DNA of 64,000 bases, taken from positions 24,304,001 through 24,368,000 of the forward strand of contig NW_026262745.1 in the NCBI RefSeq assembly GCF_021869535.1. The letters are read 5' to 3'. Position numbers and translations under genes: made by a program. Source of the DNA: Mytilus californianus. Lineage: Eukaryota. Below are positions 11,801 through 25,443 of the stretch, piece after piece (position 1 is the stretch's first letter; every line of letters begins with the position of its first letter). The notes under the pieces are model-generated. The model saw only the letters and a list, made by a program, of their open reading frames with translations. It was not told where the DNA came from and searched no databases.

Positions 11801-14337
11801 ATGGCTGTACCACCTGGTCATACACCTTATACGGTAATAAGTATTTAATAACGCCATATATATTATACAATTGTAGCCTTAAATAAGATAAACAAACAAC
11901 AATTGTAGTCAGATTGAGTGTAAACATTAAAATTTGTCCGGCAAATATTACATCTTGTCGATTGACTAGTGTTGCAGGAGCGGGTTTGGCAAATCATAAT
12001 ATTGAAATGCTTACCTAGTGTTAGATTTTCTTTGTTGCAAATACATTTTGTTTATGAAAACATAGTTATTATTCATAACTCATTTGTACTATTTAACAAG
12101 ATGTATTTGTGTATTGGAAATGTGCAGTTTATGTCAAATCATATTAAAATCAGCTTAGTGAAATGTAGACTTGTTAGATGTTACTTGACATATTGTCAAA
12201 ATGAGAGGTACTTTGACCTATAATTGTTTACTTTTTACACATTGTGACTTGGACTTGTCTCATTGGCACTCATACCACATCTTCTTATTTCTATTTACTC
12301 ATCTTCAGCATTGCACAGAATGTTGTATTGTTTTGGAAAAAAGAATTTAAGATGCAATGTATTTTCGTTCAACTTTTTTTATATGAAATTTCGATATAAA
12401 AGAAAGTGTATAATAGCATCGTAATCCGTTATACATGTTTTATAAACATAACTACTTTTCAAGCATTTAGATGTATAAAACTGGTGTAACCCTACGACAT
12501 CAAGTCAGGCTATCTGAACAATGTGTTATTAGTTTATAATTGTCTTTCATTTGTTTGTGTCTATTTTTGTCGGAGGAGTTCAGTGTTGGTGGTTAGTATG
12601 GTCTGAAGTACTGTTCAATATTTTTAGTGATTCCAGCTGGGCCCTCGGTCACTGTACTCAATGCTTGGAGTGCAAAATTTGTGCTCGAAACACCAAATCC
12701 AGTATTTTAATTTGTTGATTTCTGAGTCCGAGAATCAAAATCGTGCAAAGCCTGTTATCCTTTTTATGTATTATATACATTGAGACAACTGTCTATTATT
12801 GAACATTGTATATTGATTTCTAGATGTTTTGTGTTGATTGAATGCTTTCTCATTGACCTATTAACGTAAAGAAAAACTTTAACAACTCGTTGATCAATCA
12901 AATAATGAAAGTCGCAGTACAATGTATTTTTTTCTTTGTATACAATTCAAAACCGTCCGAAAAACATCCATGTATAGAGCAACACCACAACTTTGAAACA
13001 AAACTAGGTATTATCGTCTTTTATATTTCTAGGTTCGGTTAAAAGAGAGACATCATGATTACACATTGAAGCGACATGCTAGAGAAATAGTGAAGGAAAC
13101 AGCTGATTTAAGTTTGAATATCATAATAAAAGTGAGTTTGATCAAACATTGTTTTGTTGAAATATATATGATGTTTTAAATTCATAAAAATAAGGACTTG
13201 TGGTAAATGTACCAAGTTACAAAATAAAAGATATGGAGGAGTATCATTTTTTTTAAATAATATAAGAATCTGGCATCCTCATCACAAAGAGTGATTACTT
13301 GATTTTTTTTTTCAAATGCATGAAAAAGACAAACTTTCATTACAGAGAAATGCAGGGGGAAAATCATAATATTTTTTTCCCATAATGTTAGAATCATTTT
13401 TGGGGTAACTTTGCACATGTCTAACAGATTATGCTTTAGTTGTGTTTAATGTCATTCCTGTTTTAAAGGAAGTTGACATTGTCAAAACTTTAGTCTAAGG
13501 GTTTGTCTATATATATCTTGTCTTTCTGGTTTTGTTTCTCTAATACATTCTAATGGATCGACAATATTGTGAAATCGTGTAACGTAGTCTTGTCGGAAAT
13601 ATAATTTTCCTGGTATAAAAAAAACGATATCTTAGACGAATTCGAGAAACTTCGCAGGGAGATGGATCTATATAAGAGCACTGCTCTTGTTTCCTTATCC
13701 CAATTTTTGAATTAATTGTATATTTCGTTCTTATTTACTCTTGTAGCTATACATAACGAATTCTTTAATAAAATGTTAACACTAAGAGAAGCTCGAGTAA
13801 GTGAGTAAGGTGAAAGACCTACTTAAAAGGTTGTTGAGCGTGGTAAATCGAGCATTTTTTCAAATAAATGCGTGTATTTGCTTTCTATAAATTCAACCTA
13901 TGAGATAATTCAATAGTTTTGCTTTTCTTGATCTTTCATTGAAGGTGTAATAGAATAATGCATGATTATAAAAACAAAACCATATTAACACATGCTTTTA
14001 TCTATACTTAAATAATTTACAGGACTTTGAGGACCGATACAACCCGCCAAGCTTTCGACATCATGTTATACAACAATTTGATATTGATGAATACCAAAAA
14101 CTAGACAAAGTAACCAGGTACCTTCAGAAATGTGTGGAGGTTACTTGGTTTATGAGCGTACAGGATCCACCGATGGGACTTTTGTGGCCGAACACAAATG
14201 AAAATGAAATATCTTTAAACTGTTTCAGACATTTTACAAAATTTGGTAACAAACTGGAACATGAAGTATGGCCAGCTCTATTAATACACGATCAGGGTCC
14301 TGTGATCGTAAAAGGAGTTGCACAACTTAGATATTAA
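8895..14337 (+). CDS. G2: Mieap-domain protein with N-terminal helical domain, 449 aa
   Basis: join(8895..9050,9597..9716,10077..10417,11017..11230,11729..11833,13033..13131,14023..14337) = 1350 nt, open. Intron 11231..11728 is GC-AG, the others GT-AG. Motifs NPTKIADLFTKLFDVEWADAFE, YLQKCVEVTWFMSVQDPPM and HEVWPALLIHDQGPVIVKGVAQ. An extra upstream coding exon cannot be excluded. Confidence 0.88.
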
Positions 14338-15804
14338 ACTGATTAAAATATGTTTACTTGCCTATCATTAAGTAAGAGAAATGACAAAAAGCAGAAAGAT
14401 GTTGTGAAGCAAATGTTGAACACGAACAAATCTACTGTGTATTTAATTTATATAAATGAACGGTTTACCAATATTGCTCTAAAGAGTTTTTTTTTTCAAT
14501 ATAACTGCATGTCGAAAAATCTTTGTTATTTATTTATTCACTCTACCATGTATGTTGAAATAATTGTACGTTTATTGCTATGACTTTTGTTAATGATTGT
14601 AACGAATTAACGTAGGAATATTTATTAGAATTTCACTCATTACTATATTTTTACGGAACTGAAATAGTGAGAGATAATTTGCGGAGTATTATCATTAGAA
14701 CTTCAAAAAGGCAATATAGAATAATAATTTCGATTTTAATTGTGCGCGTAATATAAAAGGATGTAACCAATGAAAATTGTTTTAGATTTTATGGTTGTGA
14801 TTTGTGTGATCATTTGAGTACAAATGTCGGTAAATCTGTTAATATGGTATTAAGTATAGCTAGGTTCCCTTGAAATTCGCAAGGGCTCAAACAGAAGATT
14901 TATTTATTAATTACAATTCGATTGTGAGTTAAACGGCTAATACATGGGGAGTACGTTGCTCGTCTGCAGAGTTATAGCAGAGCATAAAGGCCGCATCAAG
15001 AATTAAGCTGCCCGTCTCCTCACTGCATGCACTATGATTTATGACGTGTAAATGTAGTTTTGATAAATTCTTATTTTATAATTTAGTTTGAAAATCTGAA
15101 TGCTACCAACAACTTAAATGTGTGCTTCCAAATCTTGATCTTGACTTCAATCAAACGTGATGATTGCAATTTTACAATTGTCAACTTTCCTTTTCTCAGC
15201 AGTAATATCCAATCTGTTTCATATTAAAGCGTATACATAATCTCAATTAAGGAAGATCGGGTGTCTTCTGCTATCTTGGATTGTGAAATTACAGGAATCA
15301 ATCGGTCTAGATCTTTAATAGAATTGGCAAGATTCAAGAGAAGAATGTAAAATCTTTTGTAAAACTTTTCAACTAAATGAAGAAAATTATTTGTTTTATA
15401 ATATTTTTACAACTTACAAAATTGATACAGAAACTTTGCCATTTAAGAGGAGATAACTCAGATAAAGTTACTTGTAGAAAGGAATGTGTTATGAATGTAC
15501 CTATGTTGTTTGTTTTGAAGCAAGAAAACCAGTCCGTGAACCCAATTTTGAGATTATTTTCAGAATGCACATTATAAGAGCTATCTTCTCATATTTTATC
15601 TTCAAATTCTATGGATTAGTTTCTTTTTATCACAAAAAAATAGTAGTTGCCATGCATAATCTGTACAAACTCTGACAATTTTGCAAGACCTGTAGCTTGA
15701 AAAGAGGCCTCGTGACCCATACGTTTTATTTTATATTTGAAAAAAAAATGATATAAACTTCATTTTGGCAAATCATTGAAAAATTCTATGGATTTTAATC
15801 TAGA

Positions 15805-15828
15805 CCCCCCCCCCCCCCCCCCCCCCCC
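15805..15828. repeat. Poly-C tract (24 nt)
   Basis: Direct homopolymer run. Confidence 0.95.
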
Positions 15829-17504
15829 TACAAACTTCGTTAACAGGAGTGTGCCCCTACTTCAACAAAGCTATGACAAAAAAAAAACGACGGAAATCTA
15901 CACTACATTTGTTTAAAGGTCATCTGCAAGCCTAATACGATGTGGTTAAACTTCCTTGCGATCTTAGATCTTTAGATACCAGAAAAGTAGTCAAAAAGTA
16001 GTAAATTTAACGATTGTGTCTATTCCCGATTCTGACATTGGATTCGCATGGTGGGTGAGGCATGCATAGCAGGATAATTATGCTTATCCTGTCGACACAA
16101 CCATTCGAATCCCTCAGATTTTGTTTTTACCATGGTTTGTATCTTCTGAATGTATTAATGAGATTTGAACATAGGTAATCTTCTGTTGCCTCTATCTTGA
16201 TCTAGGAGTACTCGCAATTACTGAAAGTTAGTTAGAAGCCAATAACAACTTATAATATTAAATCATGTTCTCCCATACTAAACATTAGTTGGCTCAGTTT
16301 ATTTTCTAATAAGCTTTATTACGTTTTCCAGTCTTTTCCACCAGAAAGGCGATGAAATTAAATCAAAAAGGATAATGTATGTTACGTTAATAACATAAGA
16401 AATGTTTTGTAATATTTGCATGATAAATGGGAAATGAAATATATTCTTAGAAATTTTAACTATTTGAGATTATCACGAAGCACTATGTTTCAAATCAACA
16501 AATGGGACAGATGGAAACAACCGTAATGTTCGTGCAATCTTGTATTTCAACCTTGGTAAGGGAACGTTCAAAGAAAGTACTGAGAGTTCAACCATGTTTT
16601 ATAGAGAAAAAAATTCAACCTTTTCTTAATACGTGTAGTTGATAGTCGATCCACATCAAACACAGTAATAATCGATTGTCAATTTGCAGAATTAAATCCC
16701 TTTTGTATGTGTATTTTATATGTAAGTTATCAATCCAATTTAAGAAGTATATAACTTTCCAATGTCATTCACTAAAGAGAAAAAAATATACAAACATCAA
16801 ATACTGTAGATATAAATTATTTTGTCGGACTGAGTATACTTTGTAGACTAAAAAAATATCATCAAATGATCAAAACTCAACAATCGTTTGGATGATTATA
16901 AAAAAGAGGAAGAAAAACAGCTAAAGTTATAGGAAAACATTAGAAAAACGGAAGCTTTCGGTGGAGCCACATTTTGTAAATATGGTGTGAATCTATGAAA
17001 AGATTACACATAACTTTTTAACACATTTGTACTTGTTTGGCTTTATAACTATTTTGATCTGAGCGTCACTGGTGAGTCTTATGTATACGAAACGCGCGTC
17101 TGGCGTATTAAATTATAATCCTGGTACCTTTGATAACTATTTACCCATAACTGTGTTTTATAACACTCATCTACAAATAAAACACAATATATATATAAAA
17201 GATATATCATGAATAAAATATAAAATATTTTGAAATATAAGAATACATAATACAGACAGTATTTTGACAATGTGTATTGTCATAAATGTCTACTTGTGAT
17301 TTTCTTTTGATTAAATTGTAATGGTGAATCAACAACCATTAAAACGTTTTGTTGTTAAAAATATTGATTTTAACTCTTCACAATAGATAACTGTTGATCT
17401 CCTTGAATAGATCGGTAGATTCGTTCTTTAATTCAATATGTCTATTTATGTTTATTTTTTCTACTATATTCAATTATGGCGGGTAAAACACAAAACTGAA
17501 AAAA

Positions 17505-20500
17505 ATGATCGAGCCGACACATCAGGTAGGTAAAATTCATTCTATAGATCACATCCTTGGGCAAACAACATTTCTTCATAAATAACAATGAAAGTTTTTC
17601 AACAATTTTAAAAATTAAATTTCCAAACATTAAAAAACAATTCTTATACAATGAATTAATCTAAGAAAAGGAAGCGAATTGTATTTTATGAATTGAGGAT
17701 TAAAACCAATTGTGAGGTATTTTGCGAAGAAACCACCAACCTGTTATCCAACAACGAAAAAAGGAATTCTATAATGTATCTTGAAATTACAGGAAAGCAA
17801 TTTATAATATGGTAATATCCTGCTAGATTATAATGTTGTCCCTCTTAGATTTAACATTCGGATGCTACTGATCGAATAATTATACTTGTCTTTGCAGGCA
17901 TTTCAGGATATTCAAAAACTTGACAATTTTTTAACAAAATGCAATCTCCTGTTTGAAGATCCCTATGTAGAAGAACATCCGTCACATAATGATGCTATTG
18001 TTGCTAGAAGAAGTATTTCTTATGTTGAAGAATTTTTTAGACAAAGAGGTTTTATTAATGTATGCATCAAAATAGTTTTCTCTGTATGAACGTTATTTTT
18101 AAGTACATGTGCCTTGCTAGTTATAATATTTTTGCATCTCTTCATGCTTAAAACGGACAATGCATTATAATATATAAGAAACACCAAACAGTGGTGAACG
18201 TCAATATCAAAAAGAGAACGGTTGTGTATATTTTGTATCATAAATTCACTATAAGAAAAAAAAACAATCACTATGCTTGTATTCTATAAATCTTTCTACA
18301 CATTATCGTGTCGTACAGTTTACATTTTTGCTTTAATATATCATCATAAATGTTTGTTTTCATAAAAAGAGCATTTGAGTTCATTTGAGAACATAAAAAT
18401 AACAATAATAAAATTACCTTTGAATATTCCGGTTTTTTGTACTCAAGTATCTTGTTCACCACTACAACGTACACAAATAATCAAATATATATATATTCAA
18501 CAAATAAAATATAATGATCACTCGCAGGTACAGTCCAAATGGTTACGTGAAGTTGCTAATGTTGCTGAAGGAGAAGATTGGAGTAGGGTATCAAGATACA
18601 TCAAAGATGCTAATAATGAATTTATGGGATTCAATCGAGTGTATTCCGATATCGTATGTATACACGATACATTAATACATTTTTTATATCTGAGTATTAC
18701 AAAAGGAAAAATATATATCTATTTGTATCAAATAATAATGAACCAGAGACATCTTCAAACAATTAACTACATTATTGTAACTTGGTACTCTTACGCTTTT
18801 TTTGTTTGTGTGTGTTAGTCTTTTTCTATCTTTTTCGTTTCATTTATTTGTTATCTATCTTACAATCATTGGTTTAAGATTGAAAATTGTCATTAAATTC
18901 CAAAAATTCTCAAATTTTAATAATAACAATTCCAAATACCTTACAAGCATAAATCTTGGAAAGAATTTTAATTCAGATGAGGCAAGTTGAAAAAGAAGCT
19001 TCTTATTCAAAACTGACCAATCAACAAAACGAAAAACAAGAAAAAAGTCAACTTGACACTAGGCTAAGCAAGATTGACGAAGCACCGTCAAGATGTACCG
19101 ACGACACAAGATTTATGTCGCCACAAATGGTACAGTATGTAAAATCAACACATAATGACAGAAACAACTATATCAGATCACAAAGTGGTGTCAAGGAGAC
19201 ACAGACAAGACAACAAGAGACGCCAGACGTGTATGCCTCACATTCCCACAGAAATGATCATTATGCAGGAAACCAACAGGGGGTTATTGATGAAGAACTC
19301 AGATCACAGCTTCGTCTCGCTTTAGATAAATTGGAAGATGACAATACAGAAGAAAACACTTTAAAGGACCCGGAAGTAATTGCAACTGATAGGCTGGAAC
19401 AACAAGAAGAATTTAAAAGGTATTGACAAACGCCATTTGAATAGCACAGCGTCGTACGAAAATTGCTTATTTCTGTATTGTTATACAGAATTTTTTCGAA
19501 TATCGAATACGGAGAAAAATCTGTAACGAAGACTCTAATAACATCCATAGGTATTCTAATTAAATCAAAAAGGTTTAAAACTTTCTTAAATAGTATGAAC
19601 ATTATACTACCTTCATCAAAGGAAGTTAATTACTGTAGATTTTATTAGTAAAAAAATATATAGCATATATGTCATAGAAAAATAATGCACTTTAATTTTA
19701 TGTAAATTATAAGATCCTAACACCAATACCAAGGAGAAAATGGAACGGAACAGTAAAGACAAATTCCAATCATCTTTGAAGAAGAAACATTTTTTTTTAA
19801 CTTGATAAGCTAATAACAACTCAACAAATGTTTTACAAAACTAACTACGCTGTTTGTACATGTCATACAATTCTTCATTCTAAAGCAGTGGTGAATGGGA
19901 GTCGAATTGGGGAACCTGAATATCAACTTCATACATACAGAAATCCGTACAAAAAAGATTCTATTAACTAAAATAGTACATGCATTAATAAACATAGAAG
20001 TTACACTTCGTTATGACGTTTAAAATAATGTAAATGAAATTAAATGCACAAAGAGAGGCGAAAGATGCCAGAGGGACATTCAAACTCATTAGTCGATAAT
20101 AAACTGATAACGCCGTGGCAAAAGAAAAAGACCAAACGACAAACAGCAATACACAAAACACAACAGAGAAAACGAAAGACTAAGCAACATGAAACCAACC
20201 AAAAACCGAAAGGTAAGCAGATCCTCAATAATGTGTTGCATTACTTCACTTCTGGAAATTTGGAAAACAAAATTATTAATTAAACTAGCACATGTATTAA
20301 TATGCACAGTTAATTGTATAAGAATGTCGTTAAAAATGAAGTAAATGAAATTTAATGCATAATGTGTTGCATTACTTCACTTTTGGAAATTTAAAAAAAA
20401 TCATAATTGATAGAACAATTCAAATCTGTCTTAATTTTGTAGGCGTGGCGAACAAGCAAGCAAAGCTCTTCATGACAACAACCCAAATATTACTGACCTC

Positions 20501-22382
20501 AGTGATATAAATAGACCTAGTAAGATAGCAGAAAGATTCAGCAATTTGTATGATGATCTATTGACTGATGCATGCGAGGAGCTTACCAAATTCTACAGAC
20601 AAGAACATCATGCAGAGAAAAGATGTATTCTTGATTTGGCTACTATACTTAAGGTAATTGTTTTACTATAATTCATTTTGTTTCTTTTGTCAAAACGTGT
20701 GAAGAATAAGTCAAGAAATGATCATTGGTGGCAGAGGCATCGCGTTTATAACGAGTTATTCTATATCATTACTATTTTTATTACTTTCCTTTCTTAGGAA
20801 TACTACTATCATCGTTGGTTTTGTTGTTGTTGTTTTTTGTTACGTATATGTTATTTGACTGACCGAATTTTTATAGCGCTAACATACAACTTTTTTCATC
20901 TGAATCATGTTTTATGATAATAGAACTAAGTGGACAATAGTTACACATATAATTCTCATGTATATTAACCTTTATTTAATATTGGAAAGTGCAATTCATG
21001 TTTACATATAACATAAGACAATTGAAATGATTTACTAGTCTGAAAATATTTTCAAATAACATTGATAAGTTGTTTGTTACTACAAATTTATATACTATAT
21101 GTACATTCAAGCAAATCTTATATACCGTTTCAGGCAGCGTTTGAATATTCGTCTAAACACGTGGATACACAACTTGAGAGAATTGCACATCAAACAAGAG
21201 AAATGATGCTGGATCCTTGCAGTGATCGACAACAGGAGGTATATTGTTTTATTCTGTAGTTACTTAATTGTTATCTACTTTCATCTCAAAAAAAGGCAAA
21301 GCATTTTTAATATTCAGTCTATTTGATTTGTTGTTAAATTTCTTTATATTCCTTCTGTATTCAAGTATTGATTGATTGATTCACACTGAATGGTACCTAA
21401 CATAGATACTAACAAAACATGGGGAAAAACACACACAAAAAAAACCCAAAAAAACACGCATAATGAACAGACTTAAAAAAATAACAAAGCAAAAAAGTGA
21501 ATATTAGTTCATTTAAGCATTCTTAAATGTATTCGGTGTATTGTGACCATTGTGATGAAACACATTGGATTCATGATCAGTAAAAAAATGTTGACCATCG
21601 TAACACATTTTTGCAATGCTATTGTTAATATAATGACTCTGTTATTATTTTTAAAGACAGATTTAAATGATCCTTTTCGACATGACAAGACACTTGGACA
21701 CTTTGCATTGATCTGCATAAAGGATACCGCGGATCTAAGCGTTCCTGCTTTACAAAAGGTAATATGAAATGTTGTATGTCTTGATATCCATGCATCATTT
21801 ACATTTACTTGTCAAAGTCGATAACCAGTTGAAAAAAATCGACAGACAACTTTTTCATTGTCACTTCACTTATACACAAATTTGAAGCATGTTGCCAGAA
21901 ATGTTGTACTCGTAATACATTTGTACAAGTTATCTTGATTAATCAAGGGATGAAACAATCAAATGTTGTTATTAAACAAATGTAGTTCTTAAAAAGGAAA
22001 ATTATTTCATAAAGTAAAAATTCTGGTTCAAAAATGGAACATTTGCACGGATTATTCTTATTATTGTTTAATATGAACTCTTTTTTTATAGAATTTTATG
22101 GTCCATGCGTTTCCCAGGAGTAAAGTTACTGAGAATATAACAAAATTGTCATCAGTGAAAAAATACACAGAAAGATGCATAGAATTAACCTGGCTAATGA
22201 ATGTACAAGACCCATCAATGATACTTTTATGGCCAGACATGGTTTCATCCGAAAATTTAACAGACATTTTCAGATACTGCACTACAACAGGAACAGTTCT
22301 CGACTATGAAGTTTGGCCAGCACTTTTGTTATGCAAAGATGGTCCTATGGTTGTAAAAGGCGTTGCACAATTTAGGAATTAG
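17505..22382 (+). CDS. G3: Mieap-domain protein with N-terminal helical domain and long linker, about 486 aa
   Basis: join(17505..17525,17898..18059,18528..18653,18977..19419,20443..20653,21134..21238,21657..21758,22092..22382) = 1461 nt, open, GT-AG. The start exon is uncertain (alternative ATG|GT at 17809-17811). Motifs NPNITDLSDINRPSKIAERFSNLYD, YTERCIELTWLMNVQDPSM and EVWPALLLCKDGPMVVKGVAQ. Confidence 0.87.
20048..20227 (+). mobile_element. Fragment of an abundant dispersed repeat (AAGAG(A/G)G.CGAAAGATACC family, Helitron/Helentron-like)
   Basis: Same sequence family as 3480-3520, 7417-7450, 39330-39470, 52024-52331 and 58683-58990. It interrupts one copy of a local duplication whose sister copy (about 20326-20392) is uninterrupted. 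Confidence 0.7.
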
Positions 22383-22469
22383 CGACTTCTATATCAGACA
22401 TTTATTGCATTGTCAAATATGAATATTAAAATATAAAATCCTATTATTTAGGCTTGCGTTCTTACAATA

Positions 22470-22652
22470 CACCTTATCGCTATTTGTCCGCCATTACTGG
22501 ACATCACAAAGGTTCCCGTAAAATTTTGAAGTCACATTAGAAAATGTCTGACGCCACACAGGAAAAGTACTTGATTGTTGTATCACGTCAATAGTTCAAG
22601 TGTCGCAGATTCCCAGGTCAAGTGTCGCAGATATCAAAATAGCGATAAGGTC
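22470..22652. mobile_element. Small MITE, TA-flanked
   Basis: TIRs ACCTTATCGCTATTT / AAATAGCGATAAGGT, with TA at 22468-69 and 22653-54. Confidence 0.6.
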
Positions 22653-23961
22653 TATACGTTGCATATTTTCTCCATCGATGTGCATCGAATTCATTGAAAT
22701 TTCTTTTAAAATTTTTAAATGACTAATTGGGTAAAAATAAATATTAATTACGGGATATATTGGGTATAAGTAAATTCGAAAGCAAATCAACGATACGAAT
22801 AACAAAAAAAGAATTGGAAGGTAACATAAAGTCTTCAACACTAGACATGTGTCCATAAAATATGTCAAGCTATAAAAGTCGCGAGTCTAAAATGTTATGA
22901 ATAGATTTAACAGAGATCATCGAAGATCTACATTCAATAACAAATTCTCCAAGTAGTAAATAAAACAAACTAACTTACGGTAGTATCCGTCGAGGTTAGT
23001 GATTTGCGACATGCAAATTCACTTGTTGTGAGGTTCAACGAGTATTTTAAAGTCGCAACCCTCCCTTATATTCCCGCTCAATCAGTAGATAAGCAAAAGC
23101 TACTTAAAAAAGCAAACACTATAAAAAAAATCAGGACAAATAAAACCACCAAGCTCTGTAATAACGGTATGATAGATAAAAAAACACAAAAAGCATAACA
23201 ATAATAAACAATACCGTAAAAAATACCTGCATTCCTGAAAGCAAGTTCAAAATACTTCACCCATTTGATAACAAACCATGTCGTTCTACACTCTAGTATC
23301 GGTGATTGTACTTCATATTAGATTTCATATGACAGAGACATAAACATAAACAATACAGGCAACACAACCTTTTGCTTTTCCAAGAAAAAATCTTTAAAGA
23401 ATTTCATAATGAAAAATAACGAACGAAACATTTTAGAATTGCTTCAAACTATAAATAAGCGAACAGATGTACATCCTTCCTCAAGACGTACCGATTGAAC
23501 AGCAACAGCATCAATATCATTGTAGTAAACCTTTATTCATAAGACTTTTGGGTCAAAAAGAAAAAAAATAGCGTCAATTCACAAACTTGTTCCATTATAA
23601 ATAACAATATAATCAACAATCGCAATAATCATTCATTGATATGACATTGATTACAATACGTTATTTTAAATCAGTAAAAAGACAAATAGTATGAATACTT
23701 CCTAAATATATATACAGACTGAGGCAAACTCACAGTACTAAGTTAAAAATATCAAGGTCATATAGAAGAATAAGATGCGGTGTTTTATGAGTATAAATAT
23801 GATGACATCATATTGGACAAAAAATTATCCAACTTTAATGAAGTAACCGCAAACCACAATATATTTTTATTAGCATGACTATTGGCTTAATAAAAACATC
23901 TATATCATAATGTGTATGGTAATAATCGTCCTCAAACCCCTTTACATTTTTTATTTAAGAA

Positions 23962-24100
23962 TTGAATGCTTCTTTTTGTAAATTCATTGGGGTGTAAAAG
24001 CGTTGACCGAAGTATATTTTGTATGAAGCGCTTCATTCTAAAAATGTACGCACGGTCAACGCTTTTACAACCCTATGAAATTACTAAAAGAAGCATTCAA
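23962..24100. mobile_element. Palindromic MITE-like element
   Basis: ~48-bp inverted arms TTGAATGCTTCTTTT...AAAAGCGTTGACCG / CGGTCAACGCTTTT...AAAAGAAGCATTCAA, with a central GAAGCGCTTC palindrome. Confidence 0.7.
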
Positions 24101-24727
24101 TACTTAAAATTACTTTTTTCGCTATGATCATGAAAAGACGATTACTATCAAGTATTTTCTTTTATTTACCTGTGCACTTTATTGTGGAAACGTGTGTCAT
24201 CATGTATGTTTCAATTCATGCAATTCATTTTGAAATGAAGAATGTCGTGAGATTGCTGTTAGCCAATCAAAATAACGTATAATAATGAAACATACATCTA
24301 ATGTAATTATTTATTAATAAACGCGAAAAGAAATGTTATGTAGTGGGCTAATGATTAAATACCAGAATAGATCGCATTGTACGCTTACTTTCTTTGTTTT
24401 TTATTGATGATTATGATAGATGACTATTTAACGTCCAGCGACAACTATCACATGCTTATTAGGGACGAAAACATGCAAATGTATGATATAAATTTGGACC
24501 CTGCTTTGTACCAGACCCTTGTGCAGAGTAGGAATTTAACGTGCTAAACAATTTAAAAGATGTGGTATGATTGCCACTAAGATAACTATCCAACAGGGAC
24601 CAAATGACGTAGAAGTTAGCAACTAAATCACGTATTAACAATCCACAGGAAGACATGTCACTTACTCGCACACACAAATCTGATCCACAGTCGACCAAAC
24701 TTCCTTCTTACTAATAAATGATACGAA

Positions 24728-24828
24728 CCAGCGACTCTTTTCACAAAATTGATCGTAAGTTGATACGAAAATGTTCATGACTTGCCAGTGATTTTACTCG
24801 TAAGATTTTTTGTGAAAAGAGTCGCTGG
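24728..24828. mobile_element. ~100-bp hairpin MITE-like element
   Basis: Perfect 20-bp inverted repeat CCAGCGACTCTTTTCACAAA / TTTGTGAAAAGAGTCGCTGG. Confidence 0.65.
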
Positions 24829-25443
24829 CAGAGAAACAGCAAAGACCTGTCTTGATTGACAGATGCGGTTGTTGTCAGAATTAAATAATATGTAGCTTCA
24901 AAACTAGCTTTATGGCAATACACTTCGAATAACAATTTTGATTGAACAGCATTATTTAATGTAGAGAATATCTAATAACTAATTCACAGGGAAAAGAAGC
25001 ACATTGGAGTAAGATAAGTTAACTGTTTTGCATTAGTCCTAAGACTTAAAATGGGTATGTGCTGCTTCTCTGCTACATTGTAAGAACATGTGCTTTGTTA
25101 GCAGTAAGATTTGCCTTTTCATAGACCAGATTGTATATTCAAAGACTGTGCAATATTTATGCAAAAGTCACTATCTGTACATGGTATTGTATTGTTTAAT
25201 TTAAAAACAAAAATTATGTTACCTAGTAATTTAGCAAAGTTATATACAAACAATCTATAAATATTTTATCTCTACATTGTAGTTTTGACATCATACATGT
25301 ATTTATTTTTATATTTTTTCGACTTCTATTCATATTGAACTGATAGTCACACATTATAAGAAGACAGTAAAATAACTGCATGTATGCAATGTTCTGTCGT
25401 ATCATTGAAGAAAATGTACAAAACAGCAATAGTAGATCCATTT

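Noticed and set aside
11390-11927. Long ORFs 11390-11848 and overlapping ones as independent genes
   Set aside because: Only 11729-11833 is homologous to the family; the rest is intron read-through with AT-rich composition.
15805-15828. Poly-C as a regulatory G-quadruplex
   Set aside because: An isolated homopolymer with no supporting context, whose length is prone to sequencing error.
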